Shown in pieces: positions 1-12,914 of a stretch of DNA of 64,000 nucleotides. Source of the stretch: Selaginella moellendorffii. Its lineage: Eukaryota > Plantae > Lycopodiophyta. The stretch is from positions 1,642,890-1,706,889 of the forward strand of contig NW_003314297.1 in the NCBI RefSeq assembly GCF_000143415.4, written 5' to 3'. The translations under genes and the position numbers were made by a program. The notes beneath the pieces were generated by a model. It was not told the DNA's origin and did not search any database. It saw only the letters and a list, made by a program, of their open reading frames with translations. The stretch's first letter is position 1. Each line of letters opens with the position of its first letter.

Positions 1-1184
1 CTGCCTCTGCGTCGAGATGGTTTGTTGGTTCGTCCAGAAGTAAAATATCCGGACTCTAGAGAAGAACATAGCCTTTTTTGAGTTTGTGATATGATATCAA
101 ACACCATACTTCTACCTGGAGAAGGAGACGACATAAAGCCACACGACGTAGCTCTCCACCGCTCAAGTTGGCGACAAAAGCATCTGGAGGCGGACACTTG
201 AGAGCACTAAGTGCCCGCTGCGAGAAACCAAACCACATTTGTCACCAAAAGAGCTGCAAAAACAGACCAGTACCTCCAGCCGACGATCGAGTTCCCATCC
301 GTTGCATGCATCCAGTGCATCTTGCAGTTTTTCCATCCTTGACATGAGCTTTTCCATACCACCAGTGCCGGTTGCCATATCTGCACTCACCTGGCATTCA
401 GTATGATGGTAAAAACAAGAAAGCTTCGAAGACACCACGGATTTTACCTGCTCGAAGTCCGAAAGTAGTTTCCTAGTTTCGGAGAGAGCAGGCTAGAAAA
501 TAAAAAACATCAAGACGAAGTTCACGCAAAGTCGCAGAGAAAAGACAGCGAACCTCTATGTTTTCCATCACTGTTGCTCCATCGTCTAGCAATGGTTCCT
601 GCGCTCATCACATGCAAGAGGAGACAACTGGGAAAACAGAAAATGAGTGTGCGCGCACCTGAGGCAAGTAGCCGAGTTTGAGGTTGCGATCGACAGAGAC
701 ATCACCGTCGTAATTTTTATCGACTCCCGCTAAGAGCTTGAGTAGCGAGCTCTTGCCTGAGCCATTGGAGCCCAGGATACCAATCTTAGCACCCATGTAC
801 ATTCCCAGGTTGATGTTTTTCAGTATTTGTTTTCCCATTGGCGTCACCTGGACGGATTCAACATACCATTTGGCAAGAACAAATAAGAGAAAGCAAGCGT
901 ACCTTGCCCACGTTCTGGAGGCTGAAAACCACTCGTCGCGTCTCTTTGGCATACGCAGACGAGGATGGCGACTGTGGTGACGATTTGGCGTCATTGCCCT
1001 TTGTGCCGCTGCTGCTACTTCGCTTGGATTTCTTTGCCATGCACCACACCCTCCTGCGAGTTTCATCAACTGACCTCCATCGCCGCCGCCACGTGACGCT
1101 GCTCCTGTTTGGCATGGTCCGAACGGGATTGAAAATGGGAATGCAGGAGCTCTCATTCCCGTAAATTCTAAACACTAGCGGCAT
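1..1184 (-). CDS. ettA: EttA/ChvD-type ABC-F ATPase with an N-terminal organellar transit-like extension; multi-exon, 3' part runs off the window
   Basis: Joined exons read VVFSLQNVGK-VTPMGKQILKNINLGMYMGAKIGILGSNGSGKSSLLK...KLGYLPQEP...[36 protein letters not shown] (Walker A, signature, Walker B), closely following bacterial EttA. The leader is Ser/Arg-rich and the start codon is uncertain. Confidence 0.85.
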
Positions 1185-1267
1185 GGCCTCCCAGCACAAC
1201 CTATCTTACACGATATTTTTATTTTTATTTTCGTGGCTCGAACCTCAAGCTTATTTGTAGAATTTAA

Positions 1268-4056
1268 CTAGCCACCACAGCCGCCACAGCCACCGCAGCC
1301 ACCGCAACCCCCTCCATCGCCACCATCACCACCACCCCCACCATCCCCGTCACCATAGCTGCTAGACGTATCCCACACTCCTAAGCCTGTGTAGTGCACG
1401 TTTGAGGCCCGAGTACGCTGGAAGCCTGGCAAAAAAAATCATGCATTAGTTGCTCTGCCTTAGATCGATCATGTGTACCATTGTCATAATATGTGGTCTT
1501 GTGCTTCAACTTGAGTCCTAGCTCTTTGAGTGAGATGGATACAGTCGTCGACAGAAGCAACACCAGGAGCACATTCTCGTACGATCAATCTGCACCATGC
1601 AACAACCCAAATACTGAGATCGATAAGTCAGGTTGCATAATAAGCACTCGCCTGCATGTGACCCACGTCCAAGTCGAAAAGAGCGGTTGCAATGCCTTCG
1701 GGCTCGTCTCGTGTATATCTCACCATCGTCATAAAGCCCGGATCATACAAAAAACCAAGTTGAGGCTTACGACCTGGTACTAGAACAAAGTCCTGTTCGC
1801 GACAAGACACTCTTCCACTCGAATCAGACTCTGTTTGGTACACTCACTTACCGGACAATCTAATCTTGTCCTCACATCAAACTGCGGCCACCACTTCGAT
1901 TCCTTTCGATATCTGGAGATGGTCAGAGTTACTGCACCATCTAGCAGAGACCAGCTCCTGGAGTTTGCTGTTTTCTCAAGCGGAAACGCTGATCCGATGA
2001 CCTCACCTTACGATTGACAGCATACAACATGAAAGCTTGCAGCTGTAAGTTGCTTCTTACCAGAAACGTCTGGAACATAAAGACTGTTTCGATCATGGAC
2101 GTGCACAAACTTCCGGACACCATGATGAACGTGAACAAACCTCTGTGCTCTGGGTGGTTTTCTCTTTATCAGAGACGACGCTTGACCGTGCCTGGGACAC
2201 GAGCAGCAAACTGGTCAGGATCAGGGACGCAACTTCATTTAAAAAATCCTTACTTGTAGCGGACAACATACGACTCACAGTTTGTATGATCAAGGATACA
2301 CTTTGTCAACCATATGTCTCCTCTGTCATCTTTGGTATCTCTGGTTTTCACACTTCTCAGGAAAAATTGGCCAGTCACAGGGGGAGTCATAGAAGCCACG
2401 AGTTGCAGAGATGTTGGCTTCCTTGTGTTTTGTAGAGGAAACCAACCACTGATCGAGTGCATCTCCGACATCATAACCTGTTGCCAAGTTATTCTCAGAT
2501 GTCCCAGCACCGTATAGGAGCCGCTGTAAGGCTTGAGCTCCAGGATAACACCTTGGGTTGATAAATCAGTTTCAAAGTCCCAGATTTTCTTTGAAGAGTT
2601 GAAATCGTGAAATTTGAACGATGATGCTAATAGAGAATTTAGTGGTGAAATGGCAAGCAAATGGTTGAACTCTCTGGGTTCTGCGTAACTCTCAACTTCC
2701 CGGACAGACATGTGCACCTGCAGTCAATATACATTTTACCAGAGGAAGAAAAAGAGAAGAGAAATGTCACCTGAAAAATCTTTCTCTTGGCCAGCGTTGC
2801 TTGAAGATGAGCCCAGGACCTCGAGCACTCGGCAAGGCTTGATCCTAAGACACGGACGGAGGTGGTACTTATGAGCGTTAGGGGTAACGGTGGTTCACCT
2901 CTGTACATGCAACCTGCTTTCTCATACGTAAGTCCATACGTCTCTTCCCACAGAGAACGAGTTTGTGTATATCCCACGTCGAGCTTTCCTCCAACTTCTC
3001 TGTTGTTGACAGAATCGTCGTGTTCCAAATCTCTTCCCAGCACTCTCACCATGTCGCACTCATACTTGACGGAACAAAGTTGATGCGTGTGCCACATCAA
3101 GTCGATGTCATAAGTAGGAACGAAAAACTTATCCTCTCCCTGAGTTCTTTTCAGATGCAGAAACCCTTTATAACGCTTCTCTGCGTCGCGCAAGAATCCT
3201 CTGTCCTGATAATGTGGTGCAGAGACCTGAAACGAAGAAAGGTGTTTGCCTGGATAGAAAAAGTGATAAAACATCAAAACCTGGTAAATAAATGATTTCT
3301 GTCTTTTAACTGCATCCACAAGGTTGTACGAAATCATTGATTTCCCGGATGAGTAGCTTGAGCTGCCTGTGGACATGAGTTCACGAAAATTATAAGGTTC
3401 ATCCGGATATAATGATGTCCAAGCATCCCTGCTTTTACGATAGTGCTCCATAGAGTTTTTACGTTTAAGACGTGCATCGATAACTTTTCCAAACAGCTTT
3501 CTGCAGTCGCTAGCATACTGAACCTGTTCACTAGAAACTTTTAAAAACAACAAGCTGGTGACAGGGATGATGCTTACAGGTTTCAGTCGATGGCAATGCC
3601 AGATTAACGCACAATCGAGAGGCGGGATCAGCTCTGACGAAGAATTTGCCAATGGAAGCCAACAATACTCGTACCTGTACAGACAGAAAGGTAGCTAGAC
3701 AAGAGATGAAGGAAGTCTACCTTTCGATTGCTCGCCTCAGAATCTGTGTACTGAATAGCCAAGGATTGGAGTGTACCTTGGCTACGAATCCTAAGTGATA
3801 CTCAGCCTCGGAAACCAGATCGAGGCTGAATTGAACATTCTGAGCCTCGAGCCAGTTTCTTTTTTGAACCTCCTGCAGAGACAGCATTGTTGTATCTCTG
3901 AGCGCTCCCAAGTTGATGGATATAATGAGGAAAGTAGCTCACCTCAAGAACACGCCTTGCCAGCCGGACAAAGTTCAGCACTTTCTGTTCTACTTCGCTC
4001 AAGTCAACACGAAGTTTGGAAAAAATCAAATGCACGGAAAGGTCCTGGCTTCCCAT
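1268..4056 (-). CDS. Glycine-rich domain-containing protein (GRDP1/2-like, DUF1399), multi-exon
   Basis: Motifs PPLDCALIWHCHRLKP and VPTYDIDLMWHTHQL. C-terminal GGCGGCGGCGG ends at TAG 1270-1268. Start uncertain. Confidence 0.85.
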
Positions 4057-4112
4057 TTCAACACTTCATATATAGAGTAGAGTAGTCCCAATCAAAACAC
4101 ACTGCATAGCTA

Positions 4113-5508
4113 TCAATGACGGGCAGCTCCAGGTTGAGCCCAGTCCATGCTCTGTAGAAACACCACAATGGTTACAAAGAACAAGACAATGTACAAGACG
4201 TTCTGTCCAATGAAGCCCATCAGTTGTTCCATGAATGAAGGCTGTTTAATGATACTTCTCTTGACTTTGTTGTTTTTGAAATCCTCCACCAAAGCCGATA
4301 TCTGCCCACCCATTTCCACTTCATTCTCCGATACCTCCGCATGCAAGCGCTGCTTAAAGGACATTGGCTAAGTTTTTGAAACAGCGTACGCAAATAACAT
4401 ACCGTGTAGAAATACGTCTTGCCGTCCCAAACAAGCACTTTTGATGCGTAAAAGATGTCAGCGAGAGGAGAGGAAGAGTTGAGCAGTGCAAAAAGCATCT
4501 CGGGGTGCTCCCGAGCCAGTTCTTTCATGTGGTTGAAAACTCCAGCACCTGTAACAATGGCCAAGACAACTGGCCTCCCATCCGCCTTAACAAGCTCCAA
4601 GTTGTCATACGTCAAGGTTGTCACCGGAGGCAAGAGGTTATGCCTCACGAACGAGGCCAAGCCCTCCCCTGCTAGAAAAGAGCGTCCAGGGAGGGTCAAA
4701 GGTCGCAGAAACAGAAGGCTCGTACCTTGGAAAGGCCCGTGGAACACAGCTTGTTCGTTCATGGAGGCGTGCTGAACAAGCAAAGCTGGAAGCACCGTCA
4801 GCCCGTAGTCACTTGAAAGCAAATCCAACTCTGATGCCGAGCTTTCTTGATCAACTGTAGCAAACCATGCTCTCAGTCTGTGTTCTTGTGCTAGCTCAGC
4901 CAGTGTAGGAACCTCCACTCCAAAGCCGACGAAGACAGGGAGCTTATCGCCCGCCCGCTCCAAAAACTGCTTGACAGCTGATGGAGACTGTAGAGTCGAG
5001 AGAGGAGGTGCCAGCATCCTTCTCAGGTGCGCCACCATGAGCTCGGCTTTGTGTGGGCCTCGGTAGTCCGTGTGAATTCCATCCACGAAGAGCTTCAGAG
5101 TTGGATACTCACTGCGTCCACCACACACTCCTAGTAAGTAGAAGAAGGAAGCTCGCTCGCACAATTACTTGATCTTGTATCTGGATGCGATGGCCGTGAA
5201 CTTGTCGACGTTGATCTTGGCGAGCGTCAGCTCCTCGGGCTCACTCGCCAGCTGCGAGGCCGCCTCGTCCAGCTGATGGTAGCATTGTGTGAGAGGCAAA
5301 AGGAGCAAGGCAGGGGTACCTGGGGAGAGAGTGCATTGCAATGCGAGCACCAGGGTGCGTAGAAATCGACGAGGATGTTGCGGCACTCGGAGATGGCTGC
5401 ATCGAAGTTGGATCCGTCCAGCTCCACCACTGCTCCCCGCCGGCACAGCCGCCCCTCGTCGTGCTCCGCCGCCACCAGCAGCAGCAGTGACAAGATCGCC
5501 CACAACAT
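4113..5508 (-). CDS. Membrane-anchored protein disulfide isomerase-like protein (PDIL5-2 type)
   Basis: Signal peptide MLWAILSLLLLVAA, thioredoxin site DFYAPWCSHC, YPTLKLF, and a C-terminal hydrophobic helix VLYIVLFFVTIVVFL. Confidence 0.85.
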
Positions 5509-5520
5509 TGCCCTAAACAA

Positions 5521-6563
5521 ATGGAAATGGAGGAACCATCACCTCCTCCTGCCTACTATGCCGGTGGTGACTATGGCGGCGACGAGACGCTGGGGATGCG
5601 GCTGGTGGACACCATGGCAGGCTTTGCGAGGCGGCTGTGGACGTCGTCCTACACGGTGCTTACCGTGGATCTCAGGAGGGCCTCCATCACCTACGACGGC
5701 CCCCCTCTCCTCAGGAGGCGCCGCCGCCAAGTAACACGAAGCAGGAGCTCGTCGCCGCCACCGTCTCACCGCCGCCTGGTGTCGTCCGGGCATGGCTACC
5801 TCGTCAACGAACGAGACGCAGAGAGCAGCGGCGGATGGGCTGACGGGGTGGAGGCAACCAGGGCTCAAGCTCGTCTCAAGGTGATGCAGGTAGGATTTGG
5901 ATGAAGATGCCACCACATTTTGTTTTACTGCGGTCGTGGATTCACCAGGTGTGGGAGCTGAGCACGCGTAAAGAGACTCCGGATCCCTGGCGGCTCAACC
6001 TGGGGATCGGCGGGGAGTTTGAGGTGGACAAGGGAGAGGTGAAGCCCAAGCTCAGGCTGCGAGCCAAGCATGCATCGCTACACCTCCTCCCGCTGCCCGC
6101 GATTGAGCTGCGCCGCAAATGGCCTCTGCCACCCTCCTCCTACACACACCTCGGGATCGATGTTCGCTGCAGGTGTGTGTTGTCGCATCGCATGCACATC
6201 TAACTCCCCTCTGGAGCGCAGAATACCCCTCGCTAGCCCCGACAAAATGCTGGACCCGGCCTCCGGCCCTCGCCTCATGGTGAACGTCTACAACATCGGC
6301 GGCACTGGCATTCACTTCACTCCAGGGGGTACGTTTACGACATGCCTCTCCATTTCCTGCTCGACCAACCTGTTTGCTTCCCTGTTTCCTCTGAACTTTG
6401 CCAAGGTCTCTTGTTCGAGGACAACGTCATAGAGCTGGGCAGATTCACGAAGATGCGCGTGGCGGCGGCCCTCGAGTTCCCACGGGAATTGCCATGGAGT
6501 GAGGAGGAGAGGCCCTTCAAGTTGGAAGTTCGTCGAGTAGGGATCAAAGCTAGAACACTCTGA
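5521..6563 (+). CDS. Uncharacterised multi-exon protein with a beta-strand-rich C-terminal half
   Basis: ORFs 5521-5904, 5901-6203, 6070-6432 and 6342-6563 can be joined at GT-AG introns. No family recognised. Confidence 0.6.
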
Positions 6564-6648
6564 AACGAAACCGGGACTGTAAAAAACAGCGGAATAAAAT
6601 AAGAAGGAAAAAAAAAAAAAGAAAAATTGCCATCAAAATGGAAATTTT

Positions 6649-8315
6649 CTAGGCGCACGCCATAGCTGGCACAGCTTCCGTTTGAGTCTTCTTGGCAGCG
6701 CCGTGTTTCTTGGTGACAAACCTGAAACACAAGCAGATTAATGACAGTCTAGACTACTCGCGACTCAAAAAGGAACAGGCTTACCTGAAGAAATCCCTCC
6801 AGAGCAATTCAAAGACAAGCCACTGCATTCCGGAGTCACCGCTAGCTGCTGAAGATGGCGCTATAGATGTTGGTGTTGGCTTTGGTACCAATCTGCACAT
6901 TTCCAAGTGATAAGTCGCTCGCACTACTTGCAACCAGGCTATCAAGGACGAACCTGCTAGTTGTCTTTTTCAAGTCCTCAAACATCTTCCGGGGGGAGAG
7001 GCAGCCCATTGCCAACCATGGCGATATCTTAGAGGAGAAGTTGGCCCCGTAAATGCTGTTCTCCTTACCGCCCTTGGATGGTGGCGGTGAAACCAAGGAG
7101 AAACTCTTTAATCTCTTGAGTGCCTCCACCTCACCGCCGATCATTCGATTTCGCTTGTGCTTCTCCTGCTTTCACCACAAAGTTTTGGCACACAATCAAT
7201 CAAACACGGTGTCATACCTGCCCTGCAGCAGAAACGGGGCTGAGCCCAAGCTCTTGCAGGCTGGGAATGTCTCCTGCTTTCACGTCACCCTGCGATGGAA
7301 GTCCCTTGAGCTGCTTGGGAGCCTCAGTCGCCGCTCGAACCTGGACGTCCTTGACCTTGTCGCGGAAGCCTCCATAGTTGGAAGGCATGTCCTCCACCTT
7401 GAAGGGCAGGTCATCGACGTGAAAGAGCGTGCTTCCCCAGAAGAACTTGACGTCTACATTCTGGTCCTTGAGTGCAGACGTAACTTTGTCTTCCATGCCC
7501 AGCTCCTCGCTCGACACCTCCTGATGTGCGTACAGCCCGTCGGCTCCCACAGCTTTGGCGATGGTGGACAAGACCTCCACCGGGTTGCCAATCCTCACCA
7601 CCAGTTCCGAGCCCCGCTCCCTCAGGTTGTCCCGCAAGTTGGCAACGCACTCGACGAGAAACTTGGCCCTGTATGGCCCCGTCTTATCGAAACCGGACGC
7701 GGACTTGCCATAGTCCTTGGGGTCGAAGCAGTAGACGGGGATGACAGACAGTGACTCCTTGTTTGCGGCGGCCAGAGCTTCATTGTCGTGGACGCGAAGG
7801 TCGTTCCTAAACCACACAATGGACGCACGTCTCATGCCGGCACCAGCTGCCGGGTTGCCATACCTCCTGCCCGACCTCGGCAGCATCTGGTAATCCGGAA
7901 ACGCGGTGGCGGAGCTGCAAATCTTGCTGGCGCTGCTCTGCTGCTGCTGCTGCGGCTCCACATCCAACCCAAACTTGAGCTTCGAAGATGGCACCACGGG
8001 AATTGGCGAGTTGGCCTTCTTCTGCGAAGGGAGATTGGCAGGAGGCTTAGCGAGCAGCTTGCGAGGTAAAACCCCAACTTTGGAGGAGAGCGGCATCAGC
8101 GTGTTGAGCGCCAGGGACAGCGAGGCTAGGTTGCCGCAAGGAATGAAATGCCGCTGCGCCGGCCTGTCTACTACCTCGCTGTGCAGCTCCACCTCCAGCT
8201 CCTCCGGTGGGGGCGCGGCACCCAATGTGGCATGAGCAATGGAGCTGGAGGAGAGATTGGCGTCCATGATGAGCTCCAGATCCACGAGGCCATCGCCATC
8301 CGCAGCGTTCGCCAT
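6649..8315 (-). CDS. PHR2: PHR2-like photolyase/cryptochrome family protein
   Basis: IVWFRNDLRVHDNEAL, GANFSSKISPWLAMGCLSPR and ELLWRDFFR, with a long N-terminal extension and the short FAD region typical of PHR2. Start uncertain. Confidence 0.85.
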
Positions 8316-8807
8316 TCCTCCACCACAAAGCAACCACTGCGGGCTTTTGCGATAAACCCTAGAACCGTACGCGAAGTAGTGGATAGAGTGGTGTGGCCAC
8401 TTGTGAATATCGGCCATGAGTCCCATGGCCACCATTCTTTTTTCTTCTTAATTTCTCCATAAAATTATAAAATTAGGGCACACGGAGGAGAGCGTCGCGT
8501 CTGTCCCTTGAGCGCTCAAGGGCCGCGCCCGCGCCATTCTTTCCTTTCTTCTCTCGCGACTCGCTTCTCGGAATTGGGTTGGATCCATCCCCATGGCGAC
8601 TGGCGACAACATGACTGTAGGAATCAAGTGCTTGTGCGTGGGCTAGCTAATAAGTCAGTAGAAGCTCTGTAGAGCAGCAGCGTGCGCGGGTAAGATTGTG
8701 GTAGCTAGTTCGTCAATGAGTCGAGCAGGAATGATGGAATGTCAGCTGGGAATGGTCAATTGTTGGGGCAAAGCAATAGTGACACTGCTGCTGCCCTCTC
8801 ATGCTAG

Positions 8808-11183
8808 ATGAAGCCTCCGCCTGATTCTCTCCCCTCCAAGACCAAAATGCCGGCGTCCGCGGTGTGCACCAAGCCCGAAGATCTGGTGGAGAGCCTCAGC
8901 TCGCTCGACACCAGCGCGCGGCTCAAGGCGCTCCGGGACGTGAAGAACCAGATAATTGGCAACAAGACCAAGAAGCTGTCCTACATAAAGCTGGGAGCTG
9001 TTCCAAGAGTTGTGGAGATCCTTGCCAGTGACACCGACATTCCACTCCTGGTCCAGTCGGCTGCCGCGGTTGGGAGCTTCGCATGTGGAACTGACGCTGG
9101 CGTCAAGGCTGTGCTCGACAGTGGAGTACTCCCCCACTTGCTCAGGATGCTCTCCAATGGCAACAACAAGGTAGCAGTGCCACTCCACCGTCGCCTGCCA
9201 CTGTCCTCTAAAACTAACTCTCTTTCTCTTTGCTTACGTTCCAGGTCGTCGAGGCCAGCGCCCGGTCTCTCAAGATGATATTCCAATCCACGCTCGCCCC
9301 CAAAAATGACATGTTCCAAGGCCGGAGGATCGACCTCATTCTAGCACTCTTGAACAGTGGCAACGAGAACGTGTCCGAGGTTGCTGCCAGTGTGTTAGCC
9401 CGATGCTGCGAGACCAGCGAGCACCAGAAAGCACTGGCCGACGCCGGCTGCCTGCAGAGCCTGGTTTTCCTTTTGTCCGGGAGTCCCAAGAGAAAAGAGG
9501 CCGCTCTGGATGCATTGGCAGCACTTACAAGAGGTAACCCGGACACTTCTGCTGCATTGGCCGCCACTGGTGCCGTCTCCACCATCATCAGGACGATGAA
9601 GGACAAGTCACCCAGGGCACGCCTGCTAGCCTGCATGTGTCTTTCGAATATCGGCAGAGCTTGCCATAACAACTATCAGCAAGAGTGGGACATTCGAAAG
9701 AGTATTCTCTCGACGGTTGGCAAACTTATTGACGAGAACGGCCAAGTAGGTGAAGAAGCACCGGGAGTTTTGGCAGATTTGGTTGCGAACAACGAGGAGC
9801 TTCAGAAGACAGCCTTCGATTTTAACATCATCGAAAGACTTGCCGAGGTTCTTCAAAGAAGCTGTGTTCCAGAGAAACAGCTGGAAGGAGTTCTCATGGC
9901 ACTCGCCGAGTTGTGCTCTCGGCTGGAGGATAGTCGGAGAAAGCTCCTCGAGCTCCAGGCATGCTGTTTTTTACTTTCCAGTGAACAATGTATCTAACTT
10001 ACCTTTCCTGGCAGGCACAGTGCTCCATTGCAATGGCTTTGGGACATGAATCAGAAGGAGTTCGAATAGCTGCCTGCGCTTGCATCAAGAGCATCTCTCG
10101 GTCTGTCAAGGTACTCATCCTTTCCTCTCCTTTTTGCTCTCTTGTTTATGGTAATTGTACTGAACTAAATTCACTCGCAGAATTTACGTACAACTTTGAC
10201 CGATGAGCGATTGGTGTGGCCTCTCTTCAGGCTGCTCAATGATCCGTCCCCGGCAGTCCAGGCATCTGCTCTAAGTGCCGTGAGCAACGTTGTGCTCGAC
10301 TTCACACCACATAAAGCAGTGTTTTTTCAATGCGGTGGTGTTAGCCAACTTATCCAGCTAGCGTTATCCATGGAGCCGATGCTCAGGCTGAATGCAGTTT
10401 GGGCTCTGAGGAACCTTCTTTACTTGGCAGACATGAGCGTCAAGGAGAAAGTAATGAGGGAATTGACCGTGTCAACACTAGTCGACCTGGTTTGTGGTAC
10501 TCCACACGCCGTCGTACCCGTATTGAAGCTGTCATACTGATTACTTGCCTTTTCTGCTTACAGATTCCGAGGAGATGGTACAAGAGCAAGCACTGGCCTT
10601 CGTTCGGAACTTAGTGTATGGCAGTGTCGCCTCCGTGCAACAGATATTTGCGGCTGACGCTGCTATATTGCATGCCGTGGAGAGACAGCTTTGTGTTGCA
10701 ACTCGACCCGAAATATGCACACAGGTCCTGTTCATACTTGCTTGACTTCTCTGTGCTAAGATTTCCATGGGTGTTGACAGGCACTATATGTCCTGAGTAA
10801 CGTTGCTGCAGGCAACGAATACCACAAGGATGCTGTTATGGACTTTGTTGCTCCAGCTTTGACTGGCGACCGCAGTGTATCGATCCTTATCAAATTTTTG
10901 CTGGACATGAGCAACCCGCAACTTCGTGTTGCCGCAGTCTGGTGTATATCAAACTTGAGCTTCCCCGAGAGTCCTGGGGTTGGCACTCGAGTGGCAAGGC
11001 TTCGGGATGCTGGCATTCAGCTGCAACTGCAGAAAATGTTTGACGATCCATGCACAGATGTGAAGGTAATCGTTTTTTTTTTTTTTTTTGTTTTCCTTTC
11101 TCGGCTGACTTTGAGTTTTTCCAATCCAGGATCGCGTAAAAACAACAATGGAGCAGTTTTTATGTACTGACCAAATGACGTGA
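8808..11183 (+). CDS. ARMC8: Armadillo repeat-containing protein 8 (GID5/Vid28-like CTLH subunit), multi-exon
   Basis: N-terminal LKALRDVKNQIIGNKTKKLSYIKLGAVP, successive ARM repeats, and last exon DRVKTTMEQF ending at TGA 11183. Confidence 0.85.
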
Positions 11184-11475
11184 TTGCAACATCTGTATGA
11201 CACAGCCGGAACAAGAGAAGCTGCTGCATCGTGTAAAATAGCCGTCGCAATAAACTTTGATGGTGCAGCTCGAACACCGGGCAAAGTGTAAGCTGCCGAC
11301 TTCACCCCAGTGCGGTAAGCATAGCCAATGAGTTTCGAGCGAAATTGGTATCACGCTCGCTTTTGATCGCAGGTTGTTAATTTTTTTTCGCACGGTTTTC
11401 TTACAATATATTTGTTACTGCCTCGATCAATGGACAGAGTTCAGGTTTTTCTGTATCATATAGAACTGAGTAGGG

Positions 11476-12469
11476 ATGATTCAGGCGCTGACTTTAAGCC
11501 ATAGCTCATGGCGCTCAGTGTTGGCGGCAAGGCGCAAGCTTTACTGCTGCTCTAACGGAGCGGCAAACAGGGATGCCAAGGTAACTGGCTGAACCTCTGC
11601 AATTGGGCTGATAAGAAGTTTTTGAGATGTAGGTGAAACTGCGGGCTGCTCCATGGAGTTGTGGCGTGGTGGGTAGCACGATGATAATCTACTTGGGTGG
11701 ATTACACGTTCCGCTCAGCTACAGTGGCCTTTCTATCGTCTCAACTATGCTAAGCAGCGACTGTGGGCTTGATCCCCAGGTGAAGGTAAACATGAACTGC
11801 TGTGTTTCCAACTTTCATAGCGCGTGCTCTCTTCTGTTTTGTTTTGTACAGGCAATTTCCTTGGTCGTGTTGCAGAGTGCTGAATTGTGCGGGGCGGTCT
11901 GGCTTATTGAGTCGAGCATCAGGCAGTTTGATACTAGACTGACGTGTATGAGCTTTGATCAGATGCTAAGCGGACGTAGAGGCTGTCTCCTTGCAGCCGT
12001 GATTGCTCTCTCTAGCGTCATCCTTTCGGCTCTAGCTAAGCCTGGCACGTCGGTGAGTCTAGCATGTGATTGATTTCCTTCTCACACACACCATGGAATC
12101 ATGGAGCAGGTATATCTCGAAAATAACCACTACGATCCGGCACTGAAGGAGCTTCTGGCCAGTGGTGGCGTCTCTCTATGTGCCACCGTCGCTGTCTGTT
12201 GTGGCATCACCCCTTTGCTCGAGGAATTCGTATACCGGGGATTTGTCCTCACGTCTCTGGCTGCGTATGCATCTCCTCCGTGGGCCATTATCACCAGCTC
12301 GTTGATTTTCTCTCTGGTTCACTTCAAGGCACCTGAAGAGACGCTAGTGCTGTTTGTTTTCGGCTGCATTCTGGGAACCGTGTATGCAAAGACTGGAGAC
12401 TTGGGTGCTTGCCTGGGAATTCACTCGCTCTACAATTTATTCATCGTATATTACACACTAGTGGCGTGA
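11476..12469 (+). CDS. CAAX amino-terminal protease (CPBP/Abi family), probably organellar
   Basis: PLLEEFVYRG, FSLVH and HSLYN motifs, with multiple hydrophobic helices. Confidence 0.85.
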
Positions 12470-12730
12470 TCAACTTGTGTCCCTGGCGCACCTGGTGATG
12501 ACGGAGCAGCCCCGGGCCGAAGGTACCACAGCCGTCTGGTTGCTGCTGTTGATGCTGATGCTGCTGCAGTTGTTGTTGTAGTAGGAAAGGCCGCTCTGTG
12601 GCGGGCAGGGGACACTGTCGGCCACCAGAGATGCGTAGCTTATGTAGAGGGGCTGGGATGCCTGCTGCTGCTGTGCTCCCAGCTGCTGCACAAGGAGGGC
12701 AAGAACAAGAGAACATACTAGCGCCTTCAT
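12470..12730 (-). CDS. RALFL: RALF-like secreted Cys-rich peptide precursor
   Basis: Signal peptide MKALVCSLVLALLV, YISY motif, VPC...SYYNNNC and RGCSVITRCAR. Confidence 0.85.
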   Translation of the reverse strand: MKALVCSLVLALLVQQLGAQQQQASQPLYISYASLVADSVPCPPQSGLSYYNNNCSSISINSSNQTAVVPSARGCSVITRCARDTS

Positions 12731-12914
12731 GTTGCAAAGAGATCTTGCTCTCAGTGCCTTCGGGAGACGGCTACTTAAATCGTCGGGTGGAAGTGATCGT
12801 GCATCGACATGCGACGCGACTACGCTGGGAGGAAAAAGAGGAAGCACACGTCTTTATTTGTAAATTCTGTAGTGTAGAGAGGGTGGTGGTAGTGGTGGGT
12901 ATAAACAAAGGTAA

